From contig OZ024740.1 of assembly GCA_964016885.1 (NCBI GenBank), forward strand, positions 409,138,001 to 409,202,000: a DNA stretch of 64,000 nt. The letters run 5' to 3'. The translations under genes were made by a program, and so were the position numbers. Below are positions 62,658-64,000 of this stretch, piece by piece. The notes below the pieces were generated by a model. That model was given only the letters and a program-made list of their open reading frames with translations. It did not search any database and was not told where the DNA came from. The stretch comes from Eledone cirrhosa (taxonomy: Eukaryota). Position 1 is the first letter of the stretch, and each line of letters opens with the position of its first letter.

Positions 62658-62728
62658 CAAGGTTTAGCAAATAAGAAAAAGTTTTAAAATAAATTTTAAA
62701 AAGTTCACTGTACCTGGTGGGTGTAATT

Positions 62729-62813
62729 ACCCTTACCGTACGGTTTCAAGTCTCAAAATAAATGGATAATCCATGCGGAAATCCATTGAAAAGAAAGACT
62801 TTCGTCAGAGGGT
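62729..62813 (-). ncRNA. Type I hammerhead ribozyme with extended stem II
   Basis: Minus strand ACCCT-CTGACGA-AAGTC...GACTT-GAAA-CCGTACGG-TA-AGGGT; all three stems paired, GUA triplet. Confidence 0.85.
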
Positions 62814-63645
62814 TCTTTTCGCTCGGAGAATATAAAATTCCCGAGTTCAAATCACGAACTGGCGCCATTCAAAATTGTTCCCGAGATGAGAATGTATGAT
62901 GAAGAAACAATTCTGTCTAGTGCCGTGTGTAAAGATAGAAGGCAGAGGCGGAAAGGTCAATGTACTGCCACTAGAAATAGCAGCAGTTAAAACGACCAAA
63001 ATGTTATCTCGACCAGGGGAGATTAATAATAATAAAGTATGTCTCCCTAGATGCAAAATACATATAGGGACACATGTATTATCCAACCGTATGCCAATGT
63101 GGTTCTATGGCAGGTTAATAAATTAACGAACCAGAACATATATAATCAAAGTTTAGCAAATAAGAAAAAGTTTTTAAATACATTTTAAAAAGATATATAT
63201 ATATATATATATACTATATTATATTTAGAGTTATAAACTCAAACAGTCCTTTACAATTAATTAGCTCAAAGAAAGAAACATTTCTGAGCCGTGAAATACA
63301 AGTTAATATAAATTAATATATGATAAACACATAAGTGTTTGTATTGTAAATGACCAAGTTAGCTAGATTGAAAAATACTAATTAAAATAAATATAGTTTG
63401 CCTGTCTCGATTTAAAATAATAAATCAATAAAAACAAACCCATATTGGCAATAACCGTGATACCTGGACAAATTTAAATTTCAAAATCCAAACCTATTCC
63501 GTAGACAAGTCGGTAATAGGAGAGAGTATGACCCCGACGGCTATTTCTGGAAAAATTTCTGTTTCGACGGCTATTTCTGGAAAGAAATAGCCGTCGAAAC
63601 GGCTTGAGCTCTGCCGTCGGGGTCATACTCTCTCATATATATATA

Positions 63646-63853
63646 TATATCAACTAGAAATTAATTGACATATATATATATATTTAAAATAAACACATGA
63701 ACCAATGAACAGGGGATAATTTGTAAAGTGTGTAATCACACATAGCTAGGTACCTAGCTTTGTGTGATTACACACTTTACAAATTATCCCCTGTGATTGT
63801 TTCATGTGTTTATTTTAAATATATATATATGTCAATCAATTTCTAGTTGATAT
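63646..63853. repeat. Spacerless near-perfect palindrome of about 208 bp
   Basis: Centred on AGCTAGGT|ACCTAGCT (63751/63752). Confidence 0.92.
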
Positions 63854-64000
63854 AAAATGCTCGGATCTATTCATTGGAATCTTTGAGCTTATTCTACAGT
63901 GGATATGGCGCATGTCTCGGACATGACTCCCTTATTTTAATTTAATTTAATTAATTTTGTATATATATATATATTACTTCAAAATATTAATAAATATAGA

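Noticed and set aside
62896-63126. Possible GIY-YIG remnant (CKIHIGT..LSNRM)
   Set aside because: Similarity too weak to call without an HMM search

Overview
Repeat-dominated, AT-rich eukaryotic genomic DNA. The SINE/RTE/Penelope complement and very long (TA)n arrays suggest a coleoid cephalopod such as Octopus, which is an inference. Only one cellular gene is supported: a minus-strand, three-coding-exon, 140-aa four-EF-hand Ca2+-binding protein (45878-45988, 23918-24009, 20219-20438) with phase-matched GT-AG introns of about 21.9 kb and 3.5 kb. The ORF track shows only two of its exons, as unconnected ORFs running into intron. The rest consists of RTE LINEs carrying a PHD finger inside the RT, CR1/L2, Tx1/L1, R4/Dong, CRE-like and LTR remnants, three Penelope-like elements, two tRNA-derived SINE families, MITEs/foldbacks, minisatellites and a 6-kb (TA)n array with a 200-N gap. 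The most striking unannotated signal is a dense set of type I hammerhead ribozyme motifs with palindromic stem III: six with canonical cores plus about eight variant or decayed ones. Some lie in mirror-image palindromes, and the three in sense orientation within the gene's long intron all appear disabled. Repeat boundaries were read by eye and are approximate.
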